Assembly (NCBI GenBank): GCA_037447605.1
Contig: CM074804.1
Span: 434,001-498,000, forward strand
DNA: 64,000 nucleotides
Reading direction: 5' to 3'
Source of the DNA: Zygnema circumcarinatum SAG 698-1b
Lineage: Eukaryota > Plantae > Zygnematophyceae
How positions within the stretch are numbered: position 1 is the stretch's first letter; the number at the start of each line of letters is the position of its first letter. Below the pieces are notes generated by a model. The model was not told where the DNA came from. It did no database searches and saw only the letters and a program-made list of their open reading frames with translations. Shown in pieces: positions 1-24,062 of this stretch. The position numbers and the translations under genes are program-made.

Positions 1-611
1 ATTTGGCAGTGATTGGACCCCTGGACGAGTCCTTCATGTATACAGCCGAACCGCCCTCTGTACACGAGGGCAACTGCGATTGTCTTATTCTCGAGCTGAA
101 GATTTGTATGTCCGAAAGTGCTGTTGTATCATAAGGCCAACGAGTTCCAATGACCAGTGACCAGTGACCAATGACTATTATAGACCTAACAGAATTCCAC
201 CTGTACTTTCCCGTCTTGTGTTATTGTTGTCTAAACACTCATTTTTTAGAGAGAGGGAGAGGTGTGTGTGAGGGAGAGAGAGTGGGGGGGAGAGAGAGAG
301 GGGAGAGAGAGAGAGAGGGAGTCACTATCAGTGTATAAACATGGTTTATTTTTCTGTGTTATATCCAATTCAATTGCATTGATTTGAACATCGAAAAGTG
401 GACCTGCAAATTCATATACATAATTTTTTGTTTTGTTTTTTTTAATTTGGTTGCACTAGAGAAACAAGGATCCACAAGAAAGAGCGAATGATTGCCTTCA
501 GGAAAAAGGTAAAAAAATGCGTTTTTAAGCCTTATACAAGTGAAAATTTATCAGGGTTTTTTTTCGTGTGTTATGCAAGCCGTCCGTATCTTTTGTACAA
601 CCCTACACTTT

Positions 612-826
612 CATCCGTACCACGCCATCACACCGTACTCATCCGTACCGTTTCAAAACCCTCTCCTTTCCGTGCAACGCCAGCCCCTCCCAACCGTCCG
701 ATCCTCTCCGACCTCCCCGCATCGCTGTCCGCTACAGAACCCATAAACCCTGACATTCCCCGTTCCGTTCCGTTCCGCGAAACGGCGGCTCCCACCTATA
801 AATAGCCTCCCTGCAGATTAGGGTTC
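612..826 (+). promoter_or_regulatory. RPP0 promoter: three CCGTAC, a CCGTCCGAT motif, TATA box and telo-box-like TTAGGGTT
   Basis: CCGTAC at 615, 633 and 643; CCGTCCGAT at 694-702; TATAAATA at 797-804; TTAGGGTT at 818-825, upstream of the ATG at 1020. Confidence 0.65.
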
Positions 827-1019
827 CTCTTCCCTCCTCCCCTCTCGGGTTAAAGCGGCAGCCATAGACGCTGCCCACCTTGCGCCCCCTCAGGCGGGTG
901 CTTGGCCCCGGGACAGGAGGCTTCAGTTCCTGCATCTCTCACCTCGCATTGGCAGAGTTTTAAGAGAGGTTTAAGAGGGAAAAAGAGAGGTTCAAGGAGG
1001 GTTATAGGAGGAAGTCGAA

Positions 1020-4000
1020 ATGGGGAAGCCTGTGACTAAGGCGGAGAAGAAGGTGGCATATGACAAGCGCGTATGTCTGCTGCTGGCGGAGTACTCCCAG
1101 GCGCTGATCTGCGTGGCGGACAACGTGGGGTCCAAGCAGATGCAGAACATCCGCGCGGGGCTGCGGCCGGACTCCATTGTGCTCATGGGCAAGAACACGC
1201 TGCTCAAGCGAACGATTCGCATGTACTGCGAAAGCACAGGGAACACGGAGCTTTTGTCTCTGCTTCCTCTCCTTCAGGTGTGCTTTGGGGACTACTCGTT
1301 GTACACTCCTCTCTCTTTCTTTCTCTCTCATTCCCAGTCCCTCTCCCTTCCTCTCTCACACTCCCCTCTCTCTCCCGTTCTCCCTCTCCAGCTCGTCCTC
1401 TCTCTCCCTTTCTCTGTCTGTTTCTCTCTCATTCCCCCTCTCTCTCCCTTCCTCTCGCACTCTCACTCCTCCTTTGCTTCCTCTTTCTCTCACCCTCCCT
1501 CTCTTCCTTTCTCACCCCCCCCTTTCTCCCTTCTGTCTCTCACCCCCCCACTCTCCCTCTCTCCCACCCCCACCCCCCGCTCTCCCTTTCTCTCTCTGTC
1601 CCCCTCTTTTTTCCTTCCTCTCTCTGACTCCCCCGCTCGCTTTCATCCTCTCTTTGTCACTTTCTCTCTCTCGCTCTTCTCCTCTCAATACGTAGATGAC
1701 CTGTTTAAATTTTTGGGGAGTACTTACACCTCGAAGTGATTGAATGATCTTGCCTTTGTTTTTGGCCACTAACGGAAGTGTTCATCAAGGAAAATGAAGT
1801 ATTCGTTTGGGTGGGTGGGAAAAAAAATGGGTTTGCAGGGAAATGTGGGGCTTATCTTTACGAAGGGTGACTTGAAGGAGGTTCGGGAGGAGGTTGCCAA
1901 GTACAAGGTCAGTTGAAAGCACTTCTTGTTTTGAAGGGATTGGTGGGTTGGTCGAACTTCAGCTTGATGATGTTATTAATGACGATACTGATGATATGTT
2001 TTGTATTTGACGTGGAATAGTGTTGTCATACTGTGTTTGTATGAACTGTTTTGCCCGTATGTTATTAAGATAATCAGTAAATGATGAACAAATGACCAAC
2101 AAATGACGAGCAGATGACCAATAAATAACCAAGAGATGAAGTAAAGGCAAAGGCAAAGTCACCTAAAATTAGTTCACATTCCTTTTGTACCTTAACATTT
2201 TCCCCATTTTTTGTACCTAATCTTTTGTGTGTGGGAACAGGTCGGGGCTCCAGCTCGTGTGGGTCTTGTCGCGCCTTCGGATGTGGTGGTGCCACCTGGC
2301 AACACAGGATTGGATCCCTCCCAGACCAGTTTCTTCCAGGTGGGTCATTTTCGTACTGTTTGAAATTGCTCTCTGAACTGTTAAACTTGATTACACATTG
2401 AGGTGGATGGCTTCCTAAGAGAACGCGTCAAATGTATTATAAGTATCTTATGCGGCCCGGATGATCATCCACCAGGCATCATTTTCGTATGATTCCTTGT
2501 CTCAATAAGCACTTTCTGCCGTAGAAATCCTTTAAACTGTTTTTTGTTTCATGGACTGATTTCTTGCTGAAACTTCCATGCGTGTAGAGTATTTGAGTCT
2601 GGGGTATACTGGACAAGTGCTTTAAGGAACAACCAGCAAAGTTTCGGTTATGGAAGATGATCTTTGTCAAGCTTTTGGTGGTATTGAACATTAGGTGTTG
2701 AACATTCCCACCAAGATCAACAAGGGTACTGTCGAAATCGTTGCTCCAGTGGAGCTCGTCAAGATGGGCGAGAAAGTGGGCTCATCCGAAGCTGCCCTTC
2801 TTCAAAAGCTGGGAATCCGCCCCTTCTCATATGGGCTTATTGTTCAGCAAGTGAGTTACAGCCGGCTTTCCCCTGTTCTCTTTCTATTGATTTGTTTTGT
2901 TTACCCGGACATTTGGCTCCTAGACTGAAGTTACTACCATTCAGAAGTTATTGTCATAGACTGACTTGCCCTCGTCTATGAAACTATTGGAAGTTCAGAG
3001 GACTTCATGAGCAGTTGAGATGCGAAGTTTGGCTTCCATTATGTTAGGCATGAGTCACCTGCACACTCTCCAATTTTTGTATTATTTTCTCCTTTCCAGA
3101 GGCCAAACAGACGGCTTCTGAACTGCTGGAGTCCGTCAAACGTTCCAACTAACTCACTCACCCATTGCTGAATCTTAACAGGTGTATGACAGTGGATCCA
3201 CTTTCCATCCTTCTGTTTTGGATATGTCGGAGGATGATCTGCTGGCTAAGTTCCAGTCAGGGCTCGCCACTGTCACAGCTCTTTGCCTGGGAGCTGGCTA
3301 TCCGAGTCTGCTCTCTCTGCCTCACATTTTCGTCAACTGCTACAAGAATGTGGTGGCAGTGGCTCTGGAGTTGGAGAACTACTCCTTCCCTCAGGCAGAC
3401 AAGATCAAGGAGATTCTTGCTGTGAGTGCTCTAACAGACTCACCTTCATGAGTTTCATCTTTGAGAAAAAAAATAAAACGAGACCCTTCAAAAGGAAAGA
3501 CTTCTAAAAAAAGCGAAGGGATGCTGTTATTTGTAGACTAGCATTTTGGTTTCATTCTCTTAGAGTAGAGAGAGAACTTATACTTCTTGAATGCACACCT
3601 TTGCTAACTTCAAACAGGAGGCGTCTTTGCAATCGTCTAAAGGAAAAAGCGGGGACGTTCTCTTAGGTCAAGGCCAGGCTACAGCAAAGCAAACACCAGC
3701 CAGTCTTTTTTTCCTGTGGTTACATTTTACAGAAGACATTGATTGAATGCCTTAGGACCTTCCATGACATAACTAAATGTACCTGAGAGACGAGAGACGG
3801 CATTCTTTCAGTCAACATTAAGCTGCTTTTGTTGACATAATTAACCATTCCTTGTCGCCTTGTTGAAATTTCAGGACCCAACCAAGTTCATGGCGTCTGT
3901 GGCGGTGGAAGCGGCGCCGGCTGCAGTGGAGACGACGGCAGAGGCGAAGGAGGAGAAGGTGGAGGAAAAGGAGGAGGAGGAGTCCGACTCTGACGGTGGA

Positions 4001-4027
4001 GGCTTTGGTCTCTTCGACGAGGATTAG
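1020..4027 (+). CDS. RPP0: 60S acidic ribosomal protein P0 (uL10), 6 exons
   Basis: Exons 1020-1277, 1839-1907, 2241-2339, 2695-2850, 3182-3421, 3875-4027; all GT-AG and phase 0; 324 aa. Motifs [70 protein letters not shown] and an acidic tail ending GFGLFDED. Confidence 0.97.
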
Positions 4028-6051
4028 AGCCTTTCCAGCACCTTGTGAAGGTGGGTTCTCCTTCCTTTCAGGACTGTCAGGATTTTTTCTCATGTTCTTT
4101 TATTTGATGGGAATTTATCCTGTTCATTTCTCTAAGATTTATTTTACTTGACTTCCAATGGTAGTTGAGAATATGAGAGGGAGATGCCCTGACAGAGATT
4201 AGGGTTTGCCGGTGGACTGCAGGTGTTTGTCTTCAGAGGGGGTGAGATTTTCAAGTGTTTGAAGGAATGTTTTTAAGGCGGCCTCTAATTGCTTGCATTA
4301 TGTAACACGATTCATGATGTGCAATAAGAGCCCTTTGCCGGAGGAGTTTCCACGCTCTCTCTCTCCCCTCCCACCCTGTCTCCCTCCTTGTCTCTCTCTT
4401 TCTCCGTATTTCCATTGTGCCCGTGATGTGACATCTGGTCGCCTTCTCCGTCAGCATGGTTGTGCCCTTTGCTCGCGTGTCAGCGATCGACTATCACGAA
4501 AGCACATCATCCCGATAATGCATGCATCGTTTTTTTTTAAAGGTGAAGCAGACGACCAACTGTAAAGCAAGCGAACGAAGAGCCCACTGCGTGACCATTT
4601 AAAAACTGCAAATAATGGTCTTGAAATTCGACGTAAAAGCCAAAATATTCTAGGACCCCAAACGTTCGCGATTGGGCGAGCGTCGGCCGGGCAGCTGAAA
4701 TTCTTTCTGGTCCTCCCTCGCCGCGAATATGACCAGGTGAAGCCCCCTTCGTCTCGTCACGACACGTCACGCGCACCTACGCAAGCATTTCCCCACGGCG
4801 ATGGCGCCACGTGTCCATCCGTACGATCCAATGTGTATTGACAAATGAGGTAGGCGCACAGCCCACCGGTTTGGGCCACATCTTATCTCTCTGGGCAGCT
4901 CGCGTCCAAACTTGAGCTGCCCGGATGACGCTCGCCCAATTGCGGACGCTTGCGTCGTGCACACGGCAGCCGAAAACATTTCAGGTGTGCCCGTGGTTCA
5001 CCCTAAGGCCTCGCCCCGCGGCCCGAGGCTTGATTTCTTCTCTCTCTTTCTTATGGTCTCTCTCTCGTGCACGGCGTTGCCAAGGCTGCAGTCGCCTTTT
5101 GCGCCTTCTGCGCCTTCTGGCTGCACGCGATGCAGCTGCTCGCAGCGGCGCTGGGCGGCGTGTTGAAGGCTGCTGCAGCCGCCCGCAGCTTGAAGACCTT
5201 TTCTCGTGGCAAGAGAAGAGAGGAGTGAAGTGAGAAAAGAGAAGAGAGGAGGGAGGAGAGAGGAGAGAGGAGAGCGAAGAGATGAGAGAAGAGAGAAGAG
5301 AGGAGAAAGAAGGGAGAATAGAGAATAGAAAAGAAAGAAGGGAGAAAATGGAAGAGAGACGAGAGAAAAGAGAAAAGAGGAAAGAGGAGAGAGAGGAGAG
5401 AAGAGAGATGGGGATCTTCGATCTTTTCTCTTCTCTTCTCTTTTCGTTTTTCTCTTTTCTCTCTTCTCTCGTCTCTTCCCTTTTTTTTTTTTTTTTTTTN
5501 NNNNNNNNNTTTTTTTTTTTTTTTTTTTGGCTGGCTCCATATCACACGTATACAGTAAATGTACTGTATTCATATACAGTACCATATCACAAAGAGATAG
5601 AATAACAAAACAAGGAATTTGAATTTCAACAGGATACGTTCATGCCGGCGGCAAAAATTTGCACTGAAGGACAGACACATCAGAATTGCTAAACTCGTAG
5701 ACGAAATGCGGGAAGTCCCACCAGCTCAATGTTTGATTACTTAAACTAATTGAAATGTAATGAATAATTACAATTTCCCAAGAACTATCACCACAGACTC
5801 TACTCTCTGAAAGAAGAGGGGGAGGGAGAGAGAGAGCGGGAGAGATAGAGTCGGGAGCAAAAGGGGGCGAGGGGAAAGACGGAGAGAGAGAGAGAGAGAG
5901 AGGAAGAGAGAGAGAGGGACCCTTCTCTCCAAAGTGAGCCTTGATCCCCGTCTTTGCTACCTTATTCTGTCCAGCTCCTATGCCTTCTGTCCTCCCAATG
6001 TCCTCCTCCCTCCGCTCCCACATCCGAAGCCGTTCATCCCAAATTGTATAG

Positions 6052-8695
6052 CTACAGTTTTGAATGGCCGTTGTGATCATTAGGCCCTTGCTCCGTGTCT
6101 GAGCGCTGTCCAGCCTTGCCAAGCACAAAGCAAGTGCAGGACCCTGCTGCGATTAAAGGGCCTTCGCGGCTCCCTACAACATCCTTCACAGAGAAGGGGC
6201 CAGTCATTTGTGTACCGATATGACTGACAGAGAACACATCCTCAGGGTGCAGGTCCTCGAACATCTTCACATCCCATACCTGGGAATGGGATGAAGCCCC
6301 ACAGAAAAAGGGAATCAGTTGCCTGATTATGAAATTTACAAGCGAATGGGTAACAACTCTTCAAAAGATCTCCATCAGCACCATACAGCAAAATCACTCA
6401 AGACTTGCCAATAACCTTTGAGATACCTAAACACCGAACCTCCTCTTGAATTGAACATTGTTCAAGCAGGAAAGCACCTTCATGGTGGAAGGAAGAGTAA
6501 GAAATGGCAAAGAGAGAGGGGGCACACCTGGACTTTCCCTCCAATACGAAGAGGAACAGCCATTGCTATTACAGCAGTCCCAATAGGCGCCCCTCGGAGA
6601 TGCCTGCAAGCCACATCGGCGCCCACGACTTGTGCTCCTCCAGCTGCAAGTTCTGCTCCGATTCCGGCTAAGGCTTCCACTACAAGTGCTGAAACTCCTC
6701 CATGCAGAGCGCGAAACGGCTGTCAACGATCCTCCATAGAAGTTTCAGAAGAGGCTAAGATAGATTTGCGCATGTACTTAACGTCATCGATTTCACAAAG
6801 AAAGAGAACAAACTAGTAGAGAGAGGAGAGAGAACTCGCAAAAGGAGCATGTAACACCTGCATGCTTTGCTCTGTGACAAGCAGGCGGCCGAGGACGAGA
6901 TCTCTTCTAACTAGGATTGGTTGCAGTCCGATGAAATCTTCAATAATAGGACGTCTCATGCCTAGACTGGGATTTGGACGTATCACTGGAGGGGACTTCC
7001 CCTCTCTCGCAATCTCTTTAGCTTCTGCAAAATGCAAGCGGAGAAAGGAGAGCAGAGGAAACGATAATGTTAAGCGAGACAATGCTAGGAGATGAAGAAA
7101 TTTTGCGAAATAATGAATTGAGCATAGCACGTCTACCATGGCCTGCGGATGTGACTATGAATATGTGGACATAGTCATGTATGGTAACAACTCTTGACTT
7201 GAAAAAAGTCACCGCCTGCCCTTTTCAAACCTTACCTTTCCTAGAGCCTTGCTGTGGCTTGTCTAAAATAAAAGCTGTCATTCGCCCAACCGCCAAAAGA
7301 TTACTCCTTGATTTGGGCCGTACAGTGCTCCCCGTTGTGCTGCCAAGAGGATCTACTTCTATTCGAACCTCCCATACCTGTGATCGACAAACAGATAGGG
7401 AAACAGGCATACAACTTGATCGTCAGATCAACTGCTCAGAATGAAGCAATACGAGTTCAGTCAACACCACAAACGGAAAGTTGGCTCTTACTTTCAAATG
7501 AGTGGACTTGGTGATAAAGAAGGCCATAAATGCTTTGTATAATATCTGTATACGGCATGCAAGAGTGCTCACTCGCACTTCGCTTTATGTAATCTTTGAA
7601 TAGACTCTGTGTAGCAAGTTCATGATTCATGATGGGCTAACCACTGGCAGCAGCAAATTAAACTCATTGATGAATTTAAAATGTTTCAAAATTTAGACTT
7701 CTCGCTTATGCAGTACCGCTTAATCACTTCTCTACTCTCGGCATCTCGGCAACTTCAAGCCCACCTACAGTGCTTTAATGTCGGACTTCTGCCAACTAAA
7801 ATGGAAGCCGTCCAGTAACAAAAGTTACAAGCGAGTTACAACTGCCCTCACCTGCAACGTCTTTCCTGTGTGGATGGGCTTTCCGGTAACAATCAGATTT
7901 GTACCCAATGGAGCTCCTTGAAAATGGCTGCATGTGATATCCAGACCCACAGCTGGTTTTGAAGTTGCCATGATTGCACCGGAACTTGCAATTCCTTCCA
8001 CAAGTACTGCGGAAATGCCACCATGAAGAGCGCCATAGAGCTGCGATTGAAGGACATGACTTCTGGTCCGCATGAGAGGGATCAGTAAGCGATTCAGAAA
8101 TGTAGAATTGGTTAAACTCATCATTTCTGAATAGATCTTTCACAAGATAACTTCGACAGAACTTCGTGAAGGACAACATCTATAGTGTGTATACAAGGAA
8201 AAGGCAAGAGAACCGCATGGCGGAGAAGATACTAGCAGCAGCAGGCATTTCATGTTACGATTGTAAGCGAGAGAAGGCTGGGAAGCCCAGACAATAAAAG
8301 GGGCCTCAAATGTACAGCTCATAGGCTCGTAATTAAAAGAGAAAAAGGTTCAAGTGACAAGGCAACACAAAGAGCAGAGCGCCCTTGCAGCTGCTCATGG
8401 TTGCAATTGGCTTCACCCAAAAAGAGGACATCATCCGAAGGCCTCAAAAAAAAAATCAGACGCGTCTTGGATAACCCGCACCTCAAGCCTGCACCTTTGA
8501 TTCATCTCAAAGCTCTCTCTATGAGCTCAAGAGACAAGCTCCTACCTGCGTGCTTCGTTCAGTGACCTGCATCCTCGCCACAATCAGGTCGGCCTCTATG
8601 CGATCAAAGCGCAGTCCTAAAAATTCGTACAGAGGAAGATCGGCTGCAGCACTCAGGCGAGCCTCCTCCTCCTCCATGGCGGAGCGCAGCGCCAT
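6052..8695 (-). CDS. Tandem double hot-dog-fold acyl-CoA thioesterase (DHNA-CoA thioesterase/PaaI-like) with C-terminal PTS1 (SKL), 6 exons
   Basis: Exons 8695-8546, 8040-7852, 7377-7236, 7024-6858, 6719-6528, 6279-6052; GT-AG and phase-consistent; 355 aa. Domain 1 has LYGALHGGISAVLVEGIAS..GKTLQVWEV; domain 2 has PFRALHGGVSALVVEALAG..GGKVQVWDV; the protein ends HSKL*. Confidence 0.9.
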
Positions 8696-9224
8696 GGCTG
8701 CCTTAAGAGAGGGAGAGAGAGGGAGAGAGGAGAGAGAAAATCAGAACGGGCGGTATCGAAAAACTATCGTATCGATATTGGGATAAACGTATCTCGATAT
8801 TATCGGATTTGAATAATAGCGAACTTGAAACTTGGGAGCAAAAATGACATTGTTCTTGAGAAACCATGGACTGCAAACTTGGACTTTCCACAAACATGGG
8901 GAAACCAATGGACTAGGTAAGAAAACATGTTCTAAACTTGAAGAAACCATGAATTTGGGGAAACTTGAAGCAGCCATCAGGTTGGAGCAACATAAACTTT
9001 TCACCAAATAGGCCATGGAGTTAGGGGAAACGAGAAATATGGAATAGAGAGGAGCTATAGCCTTGGAGGAAAAACTGAAGAGACCATGTTTAACAAGAAG
9101 TCCAAATGCCTTCATGCCTCAAGCTCATGCACGTACTATACTCACTAATATTGATGGCAAAGTAGCGACTAGCAGTGACTATATTTTAGTCACAAACTCA
9201 TGAAACGCATGAAAGCATCCCCAA

Positions 9225-9540
9225 CTTCCCGTACTTGGCCCTCCCCTCGCTGTTGTACGGTCCGTCCGCCGCCGCCTTGGACGCCAACCAAACGGGCTCC
9301 TGTCACCCAACAGGACCCTGCTGACCGTACCGTACTCTCTCATACAACAACCTCAAGAAACAATACGAATTCGCTTGTACGGTTCGTACACGCCTTTTAC
9401 CTAACAGGCCTTCTGTACATTTCCTCGCCTTAAATAGGTCTGCAGGGCCCCTTCAGAGCAGGAACGTTGGCGGCGGCGTAGGAGGAGGCGGCTGCAGGGG
9501 GGGGCGGTGGGCGGTCCTGCAGGGAGAAATTAGGGTTGCA
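9225..9540 (+). promoter_or_regulatory. Promoter in the divergent DHNAT/ZNF706 intergenic region: six CGTAC cores, TATA-like box, telo-box-like motif
   Basis: CGTAC or GTACG at about 9229, 9255, 9325, 9330, 9377 and 9384; TTAAATA near 9431; TTAGGGTT at 9530-9537. Confidence 0.6.
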
Positions 9541-9566
9541 GGTGATAGGGTGTGCTGCAGGCGGAC

Positions 9567-9881
9567 ATGACAGGGAAGGCGAAGCCGAAGAAGCACACTG
9601 CCAAGGAGATTCAGGCCAAGGTTGACGCAGCCACTACTAACAGAGGGGGAGGGAAAGCAGGAGTTGCTGACCGGCTGGCACTTGATAAGGGCGGACACGC
9701 CAAGCTAGCCTGTCCTGTTTGCAAGACAGCAGCTCCTGATGTGAAGTCTATGCGCATTCATCACGATTCCAGGCATCCGAAGTTGCCGTTTGATGAGGCG
9801 AATTTGATCGATCAGCACTCGAATGGGCAGCCATCGGAGGATAAAACCAAGCCGGGAATTCGAGGGAGCTTCAAGAAATGA
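9567..9881 (+). CDS. Small C2H2 zinc-finger protein, ZNF706/SERF-like plant family, single exon
   Basis: MTGKAKPKKHTAKEIQAKVDAATTNRGGGKAG...CPVCKTAAPDVKSMRIHHDSRHP...PGIRGSFKK*; 104 aa; CxxC-x12-H-x4-H finger; matches the conserved small plant zinc-finger family as I recall it. Confidence 0.9.
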   Translation: MTGKAKPKKHTAKEIQAKVDAATTNRGGGKAGVADRLALDKGGHAKLACPVCKTAAPDVKSMRIHHDSRHPKLPFDEANLIDQHSNGQPSEDKTKPGIRGSFKK

Positions 9882-10769
9882 GATAGCGTCCTCCGAGATT
9901 ATTAATTTGTCATTTGAGTGGAAGCTTCGTTGTTTCAACGGCCTGTTTGAACTCCGGACGACGAGATTTTAGACAGTAATGGAGAGCTGCCTTCCGCAAC
10001 GAACATGTAAGAGTGAGAAAGCTTCTCTGGCCTGGAGATTTCTCAGCTTTCATGTTGATTCTGTGATTATTTGATGAGAAAGGATGGTATGGTCTCAGTG
10101 TGGCTGCATCAGAAGCGTTCACTCTTTCGATCAGTATTTTCATGAGCATTCCAATGTCTCTGGAACTTATCCTTCGTCACTTGTTACAGTCAAGCACATT
10201 GCGAGGTTGATATTCCATGGTTTCAGGGCACAAGCTGGTTTATTCCTGTTTGCTGCTGTTTGGATGTTTGGCAACGGTCTATAGAGCAACCGTGAATTAT
10301 GTTCCGTCATATCTTTATTCGATGCCTTTCTGAACGAGGTTTCGAGCAGCTCCATGACATTTATATTGATGATGTTCTGCAACTAATTTTCGATTGTCAT
10401 TCGTTGCAGTGCAGGTCCTAGTGATGTACGGTGGCCCTAGCTTAGCCATATGAGATTGTACCTTTGCAATTGCACATAATTGGATACGCCTTAACAAGTA
10501 CCGGAAAGCTTGTTAAATGGAGTTGGTTGAAGTGGTCGGCAGGCTGTCTAAAGTTGACACTTGGAATAGGATTGAGAAGGAGGCAATCACCGGAGTTGCT
10601 TATGCTATTGTGCTGTGAGGACGGTAAGAATACTGTAAGAATGTCTTCAGGGACAAGGCTATGTACATGCCTTTAAAAGCAGAATGACTATGTATGGAAT
10701 CACACTTAAATCCGGGCAGTAGAGTGCTCTGAATTAGTGGTTCGACATACATGGCCGCAATGGTTAATT

Positions 10770-11314
10770 TTAGGATGAAGACAGATGTTGAATGGGGTTC
10801 TTGTTCTGCAGAAGGATGTGTGCTTGAAAGTAGTCGTGGCATATCCCCTGTCTGAGCAACGAGGAAAGAGATAAAGATAGTTCTGAAATGCCATATAGGA
10901 CCTCGTCTGAGCATTCTTCTTTCCTGACATTCCTCAGTTCATCCTCATGCGACTCCAGTTTAACTTCCAACTTCATGTCAGCTTTACGACTTTCGCCAAT
11001 TGAAGCAGCTGAATGTCTTATTCCCTTGTCCGATGTCTTGCTTTGTGTCAGGAATGTTAGTGGTGCTGTTGGCTGTAAGATGGCTCCCGGATTTTCATCA
11101 TGTGGTTTTATTTCTTTTTCGTTTGTGGAGTCACTCTGCATCTCATGCTGCTCGTCGCTGCCTTGTACGAAATGTATGAGAGCAAATGAAATGAAATGTC
11201 TCGATTGTATGAGAGCATAAGTGATTGCCTGCCTGGTGCTTTTTTCGAGTCTAAATGCCAGGCAGGTTAAAGCTTACAGCTTTTCTGCATCTCTGGAAAA
11301 GCTACTGCATCCAT
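10770..11314 (-). CDS. Candidate unknown gene or gene fragment (charged, disordered protein)
   Basis: ATG at 11314; exon 11314-11278 ends at a GTAAGC donor (phase 1) and joins in phase to the acceptor at 11161, giving MDAVAFPEMQKSCSDEQHEMQSDSTNEKEIK...ELRNVRKEECSDE. Downstream structure unresolved; no family recognised. Confidence 0.3.
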
Positions 11315-12114
11315 TACTAGGCGGAAACCCTGAACTGCACACTGCAAACCGTCCTGACGTTTGCCGGCCAACCTGAAGCTGGGCGTCTTAAAAAAATATG
11401 AGGGTGTTTTGGTGTGTGGGTGCTCAGTTCGATTACGAGGGTGAGAGGGGGGGTATTTGGGTGCACATCAGAGCCATTCTGTGTTGTTATGCTTTACAGC
11501 TCACAGATTTTTTTTTTTCTTTCTTGTTGCTTCTTGTTACTTCTTCATGTTGGTTCGTCGTCAGGTCAGGGCTATGTCAGTCTTGGAAATTCTCCCAAAA
11601 GTAGAGTTTGCCCACCCAACGAAATGGAGTGTTGCTTTTGAGAGTGAAGCTCCTGCGATTTTTTCAAGATGGTATGCTCTATTACTGGACAAGACATGGA
11701 CATTCACAATGGTTGACATGTCCATGTCCACGTGGATTGTGTCGCCATCGTGAGGTCAATGCCTACCGATACTCGAGCACTACTATATCGTATCGTATCG
11801 TATCGCGTCACGCGACCGCTATGTGACCTGAAGGCTTCCCGCACACCCGACATTTCACCCTTTTTACCATCGTTAGAAGCACACTGAAATAATAAAATCA
11901 CAGCCATTCGCCCAGGCGCACACCTCAAACAATATTTCGTGACTGCTGGCCTTTGTGCATTGTGGAACTATTCCAATGAGGAACAGCCACGTGCACGTAA
12001 TTGCCTGCGTGGCGAACTGCGATTGGTAGTGGTTGACTAGGAGCTCCGTTCCAAGGGTCGGGGAGAAAGGAAAAGGACGGAGAGGAGCCGAGGACGAGGG
12101 AGGGAGGGAGAGCC

Positions 12115-23591
<11,477 letters not shown>

Positions 23592-24062
23592 ACCTCGTGC
23601 ATTTAGGATTTAGGGGGGAGAGCGCGCGCTCGAGAGAGAGAGAGAGGATTGAGGAGAGAGGAGAGAGGTGGGAGGAGAGAGGGGAGAGAGAGAGAGAGGA
23701 GGCTGAAAGATTATTGTACATTGTTGTAAAGTTTTTTTCGTGAATGTAAAATGTTACTTTTCAAATGTAAGAGTATCATCACTCAGTGCAAGATATTGAG
23801 ATTCCCAGTGTCCAAAATAATTTTTTACTTGTACAATTCTTGTTCGTGAGGTCACAAACCCTTGATAAAGTGGCAGAATAACAGTACAGGTTTGCCGTAA
23901 AGCTTCTTCCGCAACGCTGATACAGGCTGAATGTGTACATGGTGGACGCAAAAATGAGGATTTCTCACGTTTGCATTTTCTGTTCCTTTTTGAAATTCTA
24001 TTGACTACATATTAGTAACTTAAACTTCGTTCGGAAGTTTAAAAACAATCCGAAAGGCTCCT

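Noticed and set aside
5481-5528. Poly-T run as a retroposon poly-A tail
   Set aside because: It is interrupted by an N gap, so length and flanks are unknown; no TSD or element body was identified.
8820-9120. Loosely repetitive AAACTTG/AAACCATG stretch and 124-aa minus ORF
   Set aside because: No consistent period, terminal repeats or protein motif; treated as intergenic sequence.
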